From Methanosuratincola petrocarbonis (GTDB taxonomy: Archaea > Thermoproteota > Methanomethylicia > Methanomethylicales > Methanomethylicaceae): DNA of 64,000 bases. The stretch spans positions 1,408,569-1,472,568 of the forward strand of contig CP130488.1 of assembly GCA_030522375.1 (NCBI GenBank), read 5' to 3'. The position numbers were made by a program, and so were the translations under genes. Shown piece after piece: positions 40,428-51,042 of this stretch (positions are counted from its first letter, which is position 1; each line of letters starts with the position of its first letter). The notes under the pieces were generated by a model, which saw only the letters and a program-made list of their open reading frames with translations, was not told the DNA's origin and ran no database searches.

Positions 40428-41144
40428 ATGTTGGACCTAGGTAAGAACCTAAATGACGCTTTTCAATACGCGCAGAAGCTCTTCAGCGACCTTGGACGAC
40501 TATTGATCCTTGTAATTCTAAGCATAATACCGATACTTAATTTCATAGTGGTTGGATACGCCGCAAAAGTTGCCAGCGAAACCCCGGAGGGCAACGCACC
40601 GCCTCAACTAACGGGGTATGCTTCATTGTTCATTGAAGGTCTTAAGGTAGTGGTGGTCGGAATAGTGTACATGATTATCCCGCTGATTCTAATAGGGCCT
40701 TCAATAATAGGCTTCATGTCGATTCCAATGCTCCCTGCCGCCCCTGGGCTATTCGTGGGAGGTCTTGCATTGATCGCTCTCTTTGCAGGGATAATCCTGG
40801 CAATCCTTGCGAGCATACTGTTCTACATGGGCGTAATGAACATGATCAAGAAGAATAGCTTCGGAAAGGCATTTGCATTCGGAGAGATCCTTGAGATAAT
40901 TAGAAATGTCGGCTGGGGCATGTACATACTTTGGATTATTGCCTTGATAATCATCGTAGCAATTGTAGGGCTAATTTCAGCGATCCCTGTTGTCGGCTGG
41001 CTCATTTCTTTGATAATTTCGCCTGCTGTCAGCGTATTCATCTTCAGATCTGCTGCGCTCGTGTACTCTGCAGGCAGGTCGATCCCCGCAACTGAAGGAA
41101 CCGCAGCCGTTCCACCACCGCCAGCACCGCCAGCAACTCAATGA
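40428..41144 (+). CDS. Polytopic membrane protein (DUF4013-like)
   Basis: 238 aa with 5-6 TM helices and a Pro/Ala-rich C-terminal tail. Confidence 0.45.
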   Translation: MLDLGKNLNDAFQYAQKLFSDLGRLLILVILSIIPILNFIVVGYAAKVASETPEGNAPPQLTGYASLFIEGLKVVVVGIVYMIIPLILIGPSIIGFMSIPMLPAAPGLFVGGLALIALFAGIILAILASILFYMGVMNMIKKNSFGKAFAFGEILEIIRNVGWGMYILWIIALIIIVAIVGLISAIPVVGWLISLIISPAVSVFIFRSAALVYSAGRSIPATEGTAAVPPPPAPPATQ

Positions 41145-41229
41145 CTTGGCTCTGCACCACATGAATCGAGCCGGGCTCCGGGTCTTTGGGGTTTGGCAAA
41201 AACTCAATTTTTTTATCTTTTAGGAATTT

Positions 41230-41307
41230 TTGGTGGGGCTGCCCGGATTTGAACCGGGGTCACCAGGGCCCGAGCCTGACAGTCTAGACCAAGCTAGCCT
41301 ACAGCCC
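41230..41307 (-). tRNA. tRNA-Pro (anticodon CGG)
   Basis: Reverse complement GGGGCTGTAGGCTAGCTTGGTCTAGACTGTCAGGCTCGGGCCCTGGTGACCCCGGTTCAAATCCGGGCAGCCCCACCA. Loop CUCGGGC. CCA is encoded. Confidence 0.8.
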
Positions 41308-41400
41308 CTTAAGGAAATAAAAGAAAAGCGTGCCCTCTTTATACTTTTTTATAGAAATAGTTTTTTACTGCCAGCCATAAATCTTCAGCCGGTGTAATGG

Positions 41401-42105
41401 GTGGAAGCTGCCAAGGAGCTGCTCATGAAGCGGATTATAGGCGAAATCATCCTCTCGAATGAGCCTGGGGAGATCATGCGGCGCTGGAGGGAGATCTTCG
41501 GAATCACCCAGCTTGAGATCGCAGAGAAAATGGGGATCTCCCCCTCGGTGATTAGCGATTACGAGGGGGGCAGGCGCCACTCCCCAGGAGCGACTTTCAT
41601 AAAGAAGTTTGTAACTGGGATGGTCGATATCGATACTGCGCACGGGTCCAAGATCCTGAAGCAATTTTCTTCAATAATGAGGACGACTTCCGACGCAATA
41701 CTTGATCTCTACGAGTTTCCATCGCCTTTCTCCTTGGCTGAAGTCGCCAGAGCAATCGACGGGGAGTTCCTTGCGTGCGAAGCCTATTCAGAAAAGAAAA
41801 TCCTTGGTTACACCGTAGTCGATAGCATAAAGGCCATCCTCTCGATGTCTGGAGCAGATTTCTATCAGCTGATGGGATCCACGGCTGAAAGGGCACTCAT
41901 ATTTACAAAGACCTCTACCGGGCGATCTCCTATGGTGGCAGTCCGGGTCACCCCATTAAAGCCCGCTGCTATAGTTTTTCATGGAATCACAAGGCTCGAC
42001 AGGATTGCTGTCGCCCTAGCGAAGGCGGAGGATATCCCTCTGATACTTTCTAAGAAAGCCAGCGTTGATGACCTTGTGAAGGCACTGCATCAGCTCCACT
42101 CATGA
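41401..42105 (+). CDS. Archaeal HTH transcriptional regulator (COG1395-like)
   Basis: N-terminal XRE-type HTH (GITQLEIAEKMGISPSVISDYE) plus a conserved C-terminal domain. Confidence 0.55.
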   Translation: MEAAKELLMKRIIGEIILSNEPGEIMRRWREIFGITQLEIAEKMGISPSVISDYEGGRRHSPGATFIKKFVTGMVDIDTAHGSKILKQFSSIMRTTSDAILDLYEFPSPFSLAEVARAIDGEFLACEAYSEKKILGYTVVDSIKAILSMSGADFYQLMGSTAERALIFTKTSTGRSPMVAVRVTPLKPAAIVFHGITRLDRIAVALAKAEDIPLILSKKASVDDLVKALHQLHS

Positions 42106-42191
42106 TTCGTTAAAAGTCGATTTTATAATAAGGCAAAAATCGAAGTCCTAATATACTTGAGAGCAAAAAGGTTCTAGCCACGTGGTGGCTT

Positions 42192-43256
42192 ATGCGCCCA
42201 GTCATAGACGCTGTCATAACAGGATGGGGATCCTACATACCTAGATATCGTGTAGCAGCAGAAGAGATCGCGAAGGTATGGGGGAAGTCCGCCAAGCACT
42301 TCAAAGAAGATCTTCTCATCGATGAGAAAGCGGTTGCCGGGCTGGACGAAGATGTCGCAACAATCGCTGTAGAGGCTGCAAAGAACGCCGTCAGGAGGGC
42401 TGGAGTCGCACCAAATGAATTGGGGGCGATATTCGTAGGCTCTGAATCCAAGCCCTATGCCGTTAAACCTACTGGCACAATTGTCGCTGAGGCAATCGGG
42501 GCTACCCCCAGGCTCCTTTCGGCAGATCTTGAATTTGCCTGCAAGGCAGGAACAGAGGCCCTCCAATGCTGCATCGGCTTGGTCGGCTCCGGAATGATAA
42601 ATTATGGAATGGCTATTGGAGCGGACACTGCGCAGGGCGCTCCTGCTGATGCATTGGAATTCTCCGCTGGCTGTGGGGGCACTGCCATAATCATGGGCCG
42701 CGGCGATAGGGTGACCGATCCGGTTGCCAAATTAGATGCGTCAGTCTCCTTTGTAACCGACACTCCCGATTTCTGGAGGCGACCAAAAAAAGACTATCCT
42801 TCTCATGCGGAAGCCTTCACCGGTGAGCCAGCCTACTTCCAACACGTAATCTCTGCTGGAAAGATGTTGATGGAAGAATTATCTCTACGGCCAGAGGATT
42901 TCACTTATGCGGTTTTCCATCAGCCCAATGGCAAGTTCCCGATAAGGGCTGCCAAGATTCTGGGCTTCAAAAAAGAGCAGATCGAGGCTGGCTTTTTAGT
43001 CCCATGTATAGGGAACCTCTACGCGGGCTCTTCAGTTACGGGTCTATCGGCAGTCCTTGACGTAGCGAAGCCAGGCGAGCGCATCTTCTTGGTGAGCTTC
43101 GGCTCTGGTGCAGGGAGCGATGCGTTTAGCTTCACTGTGTGCGATGGGATCGTCTCTAAACGTGACAAAGCTCCCCGGATTGCAGACTACATAAGCCGTA
43201 AGAAGAACCTTGATTACGCGATCTACGCCAAGATGCGGCGTAAGATCGTCATGTAG
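42192..43256 (+). CDS. Archaeal hydroxymethylglutaryl-CoA synthase
   Basis: 354 aa thiolase-fold condensing enzyme ([11 protein letters not shown]...; catalytic Cys region ACKAGTEAL). First gene of the HMGCS/thiolase/DUF35 trio. Confidence 0.8.
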   Translation: MRPVIDAVITGWGSYIPRYRVAAEEIAKVWGKSAKHFKEDLLIDEKAVAGLDEDVATIAVEAAKNAVRRAGVAPNELGAIFVGSESKPYAVKPTGTIVAEAIGATPRLLSADLEFACKAGTEALQCCIGLVGSGMINYGMAIGADTAQGAPADALEFSAGCGGTAIIMGRGDRVTDPVAKLDASVSFVTDTPDFWRRPKKDYPSHAEAFTGEPAYFQHVISAGKMLMEELSLRPEDFTYAVFHQPNGKFPIRAAKILGFKKEQIEAGFLVPCIGNLYAGSSVTGLSAVLDVAKPGERIFLVSFGSGAGSDAFSFTVCDGIVSKRDKAPRIADYISRKKNLDYAIYAKMRRKIVM

Positions 43257-43276
43257 GAGAGGAGGGGGTCTAAGAA

Positions 43277-44430
43277 TGCGTAAGGTAGCTATAATCGGAA
43301 CAGGGATGACGAAAGTTGACAAGCATTGGCGGAAGTCGCTCAAAGAGCTGTTTGGAGATGCCGGGATTGCTGCGTTGAACCAGGCCGGATCCCCCGCAAT
43401 AGACGCCCTGATAGTTGGCAACATGTGTGCGTCAGACCTGTCGGATCAGAACAACATCGGAGCTCTGCTAGCCGATTACCTCGGCTTTGTCCCCAATACT
43501 GCCTATCGCGTGGAGGCTGCCTGCGGCTCAGGCGGCGCAGCCTTCCTTGCTGCTTACTCTGCAGTCGCGTCCGGCATGTATGATGTTGTAATGACAGGCG
43601 GGGTCGAAAAGCTGACCGATGGGGTTGGCGGAAATACGACGCTTTCCTTAGGCAAGGCTGCTGATGCCGAGTATGAGCTGTTTTATGGTTCAAGCTTTGT
43701 TTCGCTGAATGCGATGATAATGCGCTACTACATGGATCATTATGGTGTGCCAAGAGAAGCTTTTGCTGATTTCTCCGTTTTGATGCACAGGAATGGATCG
43801 AGGAACCCGTTCGCACAGTTGCCTTTTGAGATAAAGCGCGAAACCGTCCTCAATTCCGATATGATCTCGGACCCGATAACCCTTTTTGATTGCGCCCCAG
43901 TTGGCGACGGGGCAGCCGCGTTGATTTTATGCCCTCTTGAAGACGCCAAAAAATACTCAGACGATTTCGTCGAAGTCGCAGGCATCTCTGGCGCAACGGA
44001 CACGATCAACATCGCCTCAAGAGAGAGCCTTTTGACATTCAAATCGACCGTTACTGCAGCAGACCGCGCATACAGGATGGCGCACATCTCGCCTGCGGAT
44101 GTTGATGTTGCTGAGATCCATGACACCTTCACCATTACCGGGGTGCTTTCTTTGGAGGATCTTGGTTTCTGCGAGAGGGGTAAATTCCACAAAATGATGA
44201 TGAATGGCGCTTTTGAGCCTGGTGGCGTGGTTGCGGTGAACCCGAGCGGGGGGTTGAAGTCCAGGGGGCACCCTGTGGGCGCCACTGGAGCTTATCAGAT
44301 CGCGGAGCTGTTTCTACAGTTAACAGGGAGGGCAGGTAAAATGCAAGTCCCAGACGCATCTATTGGCGTTGCACAGAATATAGGCGGCTCAGGATCGAGC
44401 ACATATGTCACGGTTCTCAGGAGGGTCTAA
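43277..44430 (+). CDS. Acetyl-CoA C-acetyltransferase (thiolase)
   Basis: MRKVAIIGTGMTK, active-site region VEAACGSGGAAF and C-terminal GGSGSSTY. Start at ATG 43277, preceded by GGAGAGGAGGGGG. Confidence 0.85.
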
Positions 44431-44431
44431 A

Positions 44432-44827
44432 GTGTCGGTGCCAAGGTACTGGAGAGAGATCCCAAGGCGCAGTCGGCTTGAGACAGTAAGATGTTCTGAA
44501 TGCGGAACAGTTGCCTATCCCCCTAGGGCACGCTGTGGAAAGTGCGGCTCGAGCAACTTCGAGAACTATAGGCTGCCAGAAAAGGGGCGGCTGGTCACCT
44601 TCACAATCGTTAGGAATCCGCCAAAAGGCTTCGAAAAAATGCCGCCCTACATTATCGGCGTCGTGAGGCTTGATGACGGAACCACCATCACCTCTCAAAT
44701 AACTGACGTAGAGCCAGAGGATGTTGGTGTTGGCATGAAGGTTGAAGCCGTCTTCAGGAAGGTCGTCGAAGACGGGGACTCTGGAATAATACAATATGCA
44801 ATTAAGTTCAGGCCCGCGATTAAATGA
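44432..44827 (+). CDS. DUF35 OB-fold/zinc-ribbon scaffold protein of the archaeal HMGCS-thiolase complex
   Basis: CSECG...CGKCGS zinc ribbon followed by an OB fold. GTG start at 44432, adjacent to the thiolase stop. Confidence 0.7.
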   Translation: MSVPRYWREIPRRSRLETVRCSECGTVAYPPRARCGKCGSSNFENYRLPEKGRLVTFTIVRNPPKGFEKMPPYIIGVVRLDDGTTITSQITDVEPEDVGVGMKVEAVFRKVVEDGDSGIIQYAIKFRPAIK

Positions 44828-44876
44828 CCTACACCTTTTTTTACATCCTTGATATCTGTTAATCAGGTGCGGCGAG

Positions 44877-47147
44877 TTGTCCTCAGAGCGGCTCATGGAG
44901 TCGATTTTGTCAGCCCTTTCTAACGAAATACGGGCCGAGGTCCTCAAGATGATAAGCATGGGCGGCCCGCTCTCTTTCACAGAGATTATGGAACGACTGA
45001 ACATGAACCCGAAGAGTGACGCTGGCAAATTCGGATACCATCTTAGAACTTTGATTGATTCGGAGCTAGTCGCCTCGGACGAGGCAACTGGAAAGTACTA
45101 CTTGACGCTCCTGGGCCAGGATGTGGCTAACTTCATTTACGGAGTGGAGGAGGCTGTTAGAAGGAAAAAGGGAGAGATGCAGGTAAGAACTTCGAGTTTG
45201 ACAATAGAGCCATTCGATAGGAAGAAGATAATCCAGGCGCTGATCAGGGAGGCAAACGTGCCAAGAAAGCTGGCAGAGTCGATATCAAAAGAAGCTGAGG
45301 ATAGGCTTAAGAAACTACAGATAAGATACTTGACTGCCGCCCTTATCAGAGAGTTTGTGAACGCAATCCTGCTGGAGAAAGGCCTGGAGGAGTACAGGCA
45401 TTCTCTTACCCGCCTGGGGCAGCCCGTCTATGACGTTAGCTTGACAATAGAGAATGCAGCCTACAAAGGCCTCTCATCCCCAAACGAGGTCCATTCTCTC
45501 GCAGGCGATGCTGTTTATGAGGAGTATATGCTGCTCAAGGTGCTCCCAAGGACTATAGCGGATGCACACCTTAGCGGTGCAATCCACATCAACAATGCGA
45601 ACTACTGGGTTCTGCGCCCTGCTGATGTGCAGCATGACCTTCGCCCGATCTTAAATGGCGAATTGCCTCCTGACGGCACAGGCTCGTCAGTCCCTTCGCA
45701 TTATGCTCCTAAAAGTCTGAGGGGTGCCTTGTATGCTGCGCTTTGCCTCGTCAAGACCTCTTCAGGGCTCGTGTCCAACGCCCAGACGCTTCCTTTCTTC
45801 AATGTCTTTCTCGCACCATTCGTTTCAGGGATGAGCGATGAGGAGATCCGTTCTGAATTAAGAGATTTTGTGTATATCCTCAATGCGGTTATAAATGGTT
45901 CAAACACGCCTGTTGGGGTTCAGCTTGAAACTTCCATTCCTGACTTCTTGGCTGATTTGCCCGCCGGTAAAGGCTCTTTGAAATATGGGGATTTTTGCGA
46001 TGATTCGATTCGTCTACTGAAGCTATTCATGGAGGTGATGGGCGATTCAGATGGGTCGGGAAAGGCGTTCCTGAACCCTGCCCCTTTTCTAAAGATTAAC
46101 AGGAAAGCACTAATTACTGACGCTGGGCTTGAGTCTATTGCCAAGGCATGCTCAGTTACCCAAAAATGGGGGACTGTTTATTACATCAACCAGAACCCTG
46201 GATGGCAAACCGAAAATGTGGCGTACAATGCCGACCTTTCCAGGCTGGATTCTGGCTGGAGGGACTGGGAGCTTGGGACAATAAGGAACGGCGTCTTGGA
46301 CAATATAACGATCAACCTGCCAAGGATCTCCTATGCCGCCAAAGGCAATGACGATCGACTAATGGAACGGTTGAGGGAACTGGTCGAGCTCTCCAAGGAG
46401 GCGTTGCTGATAAAGAGACAGGTGATCCACAACAGGATGAGGGACAGGCTCCTCCCCCTTTTCCAAGAACAACTTTCTGGCACGCCTTATTACCGTGTGG
46501 ACGAATCGGCGGGGATCGTGAGTTTCATCGGGCTCCCGGAGGCTGTGCAATATCACACAGGGCTCGATCCTTCTGAGGATGCCGAGGCGCTTAAACTCTC
46601 AATGCGGATTGTCGAAACAATCAATGAGTTTTGCAAGGAATCTTCGCAATCGATACGGATCCTACCATCGTACATTACATTTGAACCGACTGCGCAAAGA
46701 TTAACGAGCCTTGACATCTCCAGCGGCTTGGTCGAGAGAAAGTCGGTTCTTCCATATACCGAGCATTCTGTGCTACCTCTCTCTAGACCGGTCCCTCTGA
46801 AGAAGAGGCTTCAAGTTGAAGAGCTTTTCCAAAAGTCGACTCTCGGCGGGCATTTCTTCAATATCCGACTAGAGGAACCCTTCCCCACGTCAGAGATGAT
46901 CTGCAACCACATAAAAAGGATCTCAGAGACCTCAGACATTGGAGCCTTCGGCTTCACCAGAGACTACATGTACTGTGGTAAATGCGGCAACGTTTCGTTT
47001 GGTTTTGAAGACAGGTGCCCCAGTTGCTCATACTCGGGGGATCGCCTGCTCAAGTACACGCGCATCTACGGGAGATACCTGCCTTCAATGAAATGGGGCA
47101 ATAATGAAAGGCTGTTTGCGATGGAAACCCAGCGCTTTATGCTTTAG
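44877..47147 (+). CDS. Class III (anaerobic) ribonucleotide reductase NrdD-like with N-terminal wHTH and ATP-cone
   Basis: N-terminal ArsR-like wHTH, then an ATP-cone (LTIEPFDRKKIIQALIREANV...). C-terminal CGKCG...CPSC zinc ribbon followed by TRIYGRYLPS...WGNNERLFAMETQR, which resembles the NrdD TRxxCGYLGS glycyl-radical tail. Confidence 0.55.
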   Translation: MSSERLMESILSALSNEIRAEVLKMISMGGPLSFTEIMERLNMNPKSDAGKFGYHLRTLIDSELVASDEATGKYYLTLLGQDVANFIYGVEEAVRRKKGEMQVRTSSLTIEPFDRKKIIQALIREANVPRKLAESISKEAEDRLKKLQIRYLTAALIREFVNAILLEKGLEEYRHSLTRLGQPVYDVSLTIENAAYKGLSSPNEVHSLAGDAVYEEYMLLKVLPRTIADAHLSGAIHINNANYWVLRPADVQHDLRPILNGELPPDGTGSSVPSHYAPKSLRGALYAALCLVKTSSGLVSNAQTLPFFNVFLAPFVSGMSDEEIRSELRDFVYILNAVINGSNTPVGVQLETSIPDFLADLPAGKGSLKYGDFCDDSIRLLKLFMEVMGDSDGSGKAFLNPAPFLKINRKALITDAGLESIAKACSVTQKWGTVYYINQNPGWQTENVAYNADLSRLDSGWRDWELGTIRNGVLDNITINLPRISYAAKGNDDRLMERLRELVELSKEALLIKRQVIHNRMRDRLLPLFQEQLSGTPYYRVDESAGIVSFIGLPEAVQYHTGLDPSEDAEALKLSMRIVETINEFCKESSQSIRILPSYITFEPTAQRLTSLDISSGLVERKSVLPYTEHSVLPLSRPVPLKKRLQVEELFQKSTLGGHFFNIRLEEPFPTSEMICNHIKRISETSDIGAFGFTRDYMYCGKCGNVSFGFEDRCPSCSYSGDRLLKYTRIYGRYLPSMKWGNNERLFAMETQRFML

Positions 47148-47487
47148 ACGAAAGGAGCATTATGGCTTGAGCGAGATCCCCGTTTGTGGACTCCAGGGCC
47201 TTTTTGGCCTCTTCAAGGGATGCGCCAGTCTGAGCTGAAACAAGCTGGGCGTCATCCTCGGAGATCTCGAGCTTTGCCCTCTCTTCAGTCTTTTCCTCGA
47301 CAGCCTCGCCGACTATCTGGTATATCGTCTGCCCGCTCACTTTCATCTGCGTTACCTGGGGATCGGGAATTACCAAGCTCTTGTCTTTGAGATGGATGGT
47401 GACCTTGAGAACCCCTTGCATCTCTTCGATTCCCATCCCCATCTTTTGCATCATTCTCCTCATTTCCCGGGGGTTCATGCGCTTCAT
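47137..47487 (-). CDS. nac: Nascent polypeptide-associated complex alpha subunit
   Basis: NAC domain (VLKVTIHLKDKSLVIPDPQVTQMKVSGQTIYQIVG) plus a C-terminal UBA-like tail. Confidence 0.7.
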   Translation of the reverse strand: MKRMNPREMRRMMQKMGMGIEEMQGVLKVTIHLKDKSLVIPDPQVTQMKVSGQTIYQIVGEAVEEKTEERAKLEISEDDAQLVSAQTGASLEEAKKALESTNGDLAQAIMLLSSKA

Positions 47488-47493
47488 ATTGAA

Positions 47494-48003
47494 TCACTCG
47501 TCACCGGTTCCTCTCCTTACATTTACAGCTAGCCCTTTTTTAAATTGTTTCATCTCCTTGCCGCTCAGCACTGCCTTGCCAACTGCCAATAGGTGCCCTT
47601 TTGTATCTGTTATGATGACTTCTTCTCCAGGTCTTATACTCGAGTCCACTTCCACTACGTGTTTGGCGAAAAGGTTTCTACCGCTTTTGATGAACTCGGC
47701 AACTTCGTCCATGATGACTACTCTGTGCCTTGGCGGCTGGAACGCTCTAAGCAATCTATTCCCTCCAGGTACGCTCAAAGCGAGGTAGCCATCAGAGGGC
47801 TTCAACGTTGCAAGGTGCTCGTGGTTTAGGAATATCCCTTTTATTTTGCCTGTTTTTCTGGACCTCACTACGCTTATTTCGTCTGGGAAGAGTGCCCTCC
47901 CCGCCCCTCTCCCGAATTGATAATCCGCCACAGCCCTTAGCCTGATGAGCTCCTCGGGTGTGGCTTGGTCAGAGGTAGGTGCCACTGGGTGCATCCTTGA
48001 CAT
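47494..48003 (-). CDS. PUA-domain RNA-binding protein
   Basis: 169 aa. C-terminal PUA-like block GEEVIITDTKGHLLAVGKAVLSGKEM. Confidence 0.5.
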   Translation of the reverse strand: MSRMHPVAPTSDQATPEELIRLRAVADYQFGRGAGRALFPDEISVVRSRKTGKIKGIFLNHEHLATLKPSDGYLALSVPGGNRLLRAFQPPRHRVVIMDEVAEFIKSGRNLFAKHVVEVDSSIRPGEEVIITDTKGHLLAVGKAVLSGKEMKQFKKGLAVNVRRGTGDE

Positions 48004-49156
48004 CCTCTTTCTTAAGGATCTTTTTTATCGCATTGGCGAAGTCTTCCATGATTATGTGATCTCTGGAGCTTCTAATTGCAAATAGCCCTGCTTCCGTGCA
48101 GATTGCCTTTATCGAGGCGCCTGTCGCTCCTTGGGTCAGGAGGGAAAGTTGCTTTGCGTCCACGTCATCCGAGACATTCATCCTCTTGAGATGGATCTTG
48201 AAGATCGCTTCTCTGCCCTTGGCGTCCGGCGGAGGTATCTCCAAAATCCTGTCGAATCTCCCGGGCCTAAGCAATGCTGTATCGAGCAGATCAATCCTGT
48301 TTGTGGCGCCTATTATTTTGACGTCCCCCCTGGCGCTAAACCCGTCAAGCTCGCTGAGCAGCTGCAAAAGGGTTCTCTGGACCTCCCTTTCGCCGCTGAT
48401 GTTGATGTCTGCCCTTCTGCTTCCGATAGCATCAATCTCATCGATGAAGACTATGCTAGGCGCTTTGCTTCTTGCCATCTGGAAAAGCTCGCGCACCATC
48501 CTGGCTCCTTCGCCAATATACTTCTGAACCAACTCTGAAGCCACTACCTTTATGAATCTGGCTTTGGTCTCGCTTGCTACTGCTTTAGCCAAAAGCGTTT
48601 TTCCACACCCTGGCGGACCGTGAAGCAGAACGCCCTTTGGCGGGTCTATCCCAACCTTCTCAAAAATATCTGGGTTAAGAAGAGGAAGCTCTATGAGCTC
48701 TCGGAGCTCTTTTATCTGCTCGTCAAGACCGCCGATATCTGAATAGCTGACCTTGGGCGTTTCTAATACTTCCATCACTTGCACATAAGAGTCTAGTGTG
48801 TCCGGCAGCACTTCTATTATTGCAAAGTTCCTTTGGCTCAAAGAGACCCTCTTTCCAGGAGCAAGTTTTGAACCGTCTACCGTCCTCATGACATTCACGA
48901 CTAGTGAGGGTCCCGTTGAGCTCTTGACAACTGCCCTCCCGTCTGGAAGCAAGTCTGTGATATAACCTTCTATGTAAGGCGGAACGGTCAACTTCTCTAT
49001 CTCGGCTCTAAGAACTTGGACCTCTCTCTGGAGCCTTTCCCTCTCGTAGAACCAGTCCCTCTTTTCGGCCTCAAGCTCTTGCGTACGCTGCTCAAGCTTC
49101 TTTATCTGAATCAAAAGGTGCGTACTATCATCCTTGAAACTAATATTTTCAGCCAT
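47969..49156 (-). CDS. pan: Proteasome-activating nucleotidase PAN (AAA+ ATPase)
   Basis: N-terminal coiled coil, OB region, Walker A GVLLHGPPGCGKTL and second region of homology (SRH). Start set at MAENISF (49156). The ORF in the track extends to 49309. Confidence 0.85.
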   Translation of the reverse strand: MAENISFKDDSTHLLIQIKKLEQRTQELEAEKRDWFYERERLQREVQVLRAEIEKLTVPPYIEGYITDLLPDGRAVVKSSTGPSLVVNVMRTVDGSKLAPGKRVSLSQRNFAIIEVLPDTLDSYVQVMEVLETPKVSYSDIGGLDEQIKELRELIELPLLNPDIFEKVGIDPPKGVLLHGPPGCGKTLLAKAVASETKARFIKVVASELVQKYIGEGARMVRELFQMARSKAPSIVFIDEIDAIGSRRADINISGEREVQRTLLQLLSELDGFSARGDVKIIGATNRIDLLDTALLRPGRFDRILEIPPPDAKGREAIFKIHLKRMNVSDDVDAKQLSLLTQGATGASIKAICTEAGLFAIRSSRDHIIMEDFANAIKKILKKEDVKDAPSGTYL

Positions 49157-49225
49157 CTCACTACGCCCACTAGGGATAAATTTAGATTTACCTTCTACAG
49201 CATAAGATTCAGAACAGTGACTTTT

Positions 49226-49714
49226 ATGAATTGTGAAATATGCGGCAAGAAGATCGTTGGTTTTCCTGCAAGGATCTCTATCGAGCAGTCCGTGTTGCTC
49301 GTGTGTCAAGACTGCTCAAAATTTGGGACAAAGATAGACCGAACGACCGCAAGGAAACTTGAAAGCGCAAGCCCCAAGCCCGGTCCGAGGAAACTTGTCT
49401 CCAGACCACAAAGGAAAGACAAGTTCGAGGAGTTCATATTGGTTGAGAATTATGGGGAGCTGATTAGAAAATCCAGGGAAAATGCGAAGATTAGCCGTGA
49501 AGAACTCGCCAAGCGACTTGGAGAAAAGGAATCTGTGCTCAGAAGGATCGAGTCGGGCGAGATGTATCCGACGGCAGAGCTAACGATAAAGCTCGAGCGC
49601 CTCCTCAAAATTAAATTAAAGGCTACTGTTGACCGTGTGGAATCCACCTCAAAGCCGCCCCTTACGAGCGTGACCCTGGGCGACGTAGCCATCCTCAAGG
49701 ATAGTAAACAATGA
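49226..49714 (+). CDS. mbf1: Multiprotein bridging factor 1 (zinc ribbon plus HTH_XRE)
   Basis: N-terminal CEICGK...CQDC zinc ribbon and C-terminal HTH (ISREELAKRLGEKESVLRRIESGE). Confidence 0.75.
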   Translation: MNCEICGKKIVGFPARISIEQSVLLVCQDCSKFGTKIDRTTARKLESASPKPGPRKLVSRPQRKDKFEEFILVENYGELIRKSRENAKISREELAKRLGEKESVLRRIESGEMYPTAELTIKLERLLKIKLKATVDRVESTSKPPLTSVTLGDVAILKDSKQ

Positions 49715-49732
49715 GAATTCCTCGACGATTGG

Positions 49733-50302
49733 GTGCTATCCGCCTTGCCAAAAATCGTAGTCTTAAGACTCGGGCACAGGCCCTCCCGCGACAAGCGCAT
49801 AACTACTCATGTGTGTTTAGTGGCAAGGGCATTTGGCGCAGAGGGCGTTTACATATCGGGAGTGGTCGATGCAACGATCCACTCGACTTTACAGAGAGTG
49901 ACAGAGACATGGGGCGGGGGCTTCTGGGTAGAATTCGTCAGCAGCCCTATGAAAGTGCTAGATAAATGGAAAGAGTCGGGAGGGGTCGTAGCACATCTCA
50001 CAATGTATGGAATCCCGATTAAAGAGATCAAGGATCTTATCCCTTCAGATAGGGATCTGCTTGTAGTTGTAGGCGGGGAGAAGGTTCCTGCTCAGTATTA
50101 TGAAAAAGCAGATTTCAATGTTGCAATCGGAAGTCAGCCTCATTCTGAAGTTGCTGCACTGGCAATATTTCTCGACAGAGTCACCGGTGGCGCTTGGGAA
50201 GGCATGCCCTTCAAAAACGCAAGACTTCGAATCGTCCCCTCGAAGAGGGGTAAAAATGTCGAACAGTGCCGATGTAATAAGAAAGCTTTTTCAGACATTT
50301 AG
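49733..50302 (+). CDS. tRNA (cytidine56-2'-O)-methyltransferase aTrm56 (SPOUT)
   Basis: IVVLRLGHRPSRDKRITTHVCLVARAFGA N-terminus and a 189-aa SPOUT fold. Confidence 0.7.
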   Translation: MLSALPKIVVLRLGHRPSRDKRITTHVCLVARAFGAEGVYISGVVDATIHSTLQRVTETWGGGFWVEFVSSPMKVLDKWKESGGVVAHLTMYGIPIKEIKDLIPSDRDLLVVVGGEKVPAQYYEKADFNVAIGSQPHSEVAALAIFLDRVTGGAWEGMPFKNARLRIVPSKRGKNVEQCRCNKKAFSDI

Positions 50303-50348
50303 TGGACTAATGTAATAGGTTGCACAGTAAGTAATCTGGTGAATACTG

Positions 50349-50852
50349 ATGCCCAATGATGCTTTGGCAATGCTCGTGAAGGAGCTAGTGGGCGATGAGG
50401 CTGTGCAGCTTATTATGTTGCTGACCGAACAGGAAGAAACCACGGACGATGAACTTATAACAAAAACAGGGATGAAGTTAAACAACTTGAGAAAATTGCT
50501 TTATCAGCTTTTCGAGCAGAACCTTGTCTCCTACAGGCGCGTCAGGGACAAGGAGGCAGGGTGGTTCAAGTACTATTGGCGTGTCAATAGGACTGGTCTC
50601 AGCATCCTGCTAAACACCAAGAAGAGGAAGGTTCTCAACAAACTGAAGGAGCGCCTCCAATACGAAACTGGGAATGTATTCTTTGTGTGCCCAAAAGACG
50701 GTGTACGTTTTTCTTTTGAGGATGCGATGGAAACCAATTTTCAATGCCCCTCGTGTGGAGGGAAACTGGAAAGCCTGAACAATCAGGACATTATCTTCAT
50801 TCTTAGGAAAAAGATTGAAGAAATTGAAAACAACCTCAAAGAGGCAGAATAA
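50349..50852 (+). CDS. tfe: Transcription factor E (TFE alpha: wHTH plus zinc ribbon)
   Basis: N-terminal wHTH (DDELITKTGMKLNNLRKLLYQLFEQNLVSY) and CPKDG...CPSCGG zinc ribbon. Confidence 0.7.
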   Translation: MPNDALAMLVKELVGDEAVQLIMLLTEQEETTDDELITKTGMKLNNLRKLLYQLFEQNLVSYRRVRDKEAGWFKYYWRVNRTGLSILLNTKKRKVLNKLKERLQYETGNVFFVCPKDGVRFSFEDAMETNFQCPSCGGKLESLNNQDIIFILRKKIEEIENNLKEAE

Positions 50853-50888
50853 AGTTTTAAAGCAGTTTTCCATTTTTACGGTTGCTAG

Positions 50889-50964
50889 GGGCCGATAGTC
50901 TAGCGGTTAGGATCCCGCCCTTACACGGCGGTGGTCGCCGGTTCGAATCCGGCTCGGCCCACCA
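50889..50964 (+). tRNA. tRNA-Val (anticodon UAC)
   Basis: GGGCCGATAGTCTAGCGGTTAGGATCCCGCCCTTACACGGCGGTGGTCGCCGGTTCGAATCCGGCTCGGCCCACCA. CCA is encoded. Confidence 0.85.
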
Positions 50965-51042
50965 TGTCCTTCATCTTTTAGTTTCTAAAGTACAATTTTT
51001 CCCCTTTTCCAAAATGCAGTTTAAAAAGTAAAAAGATAGGTT

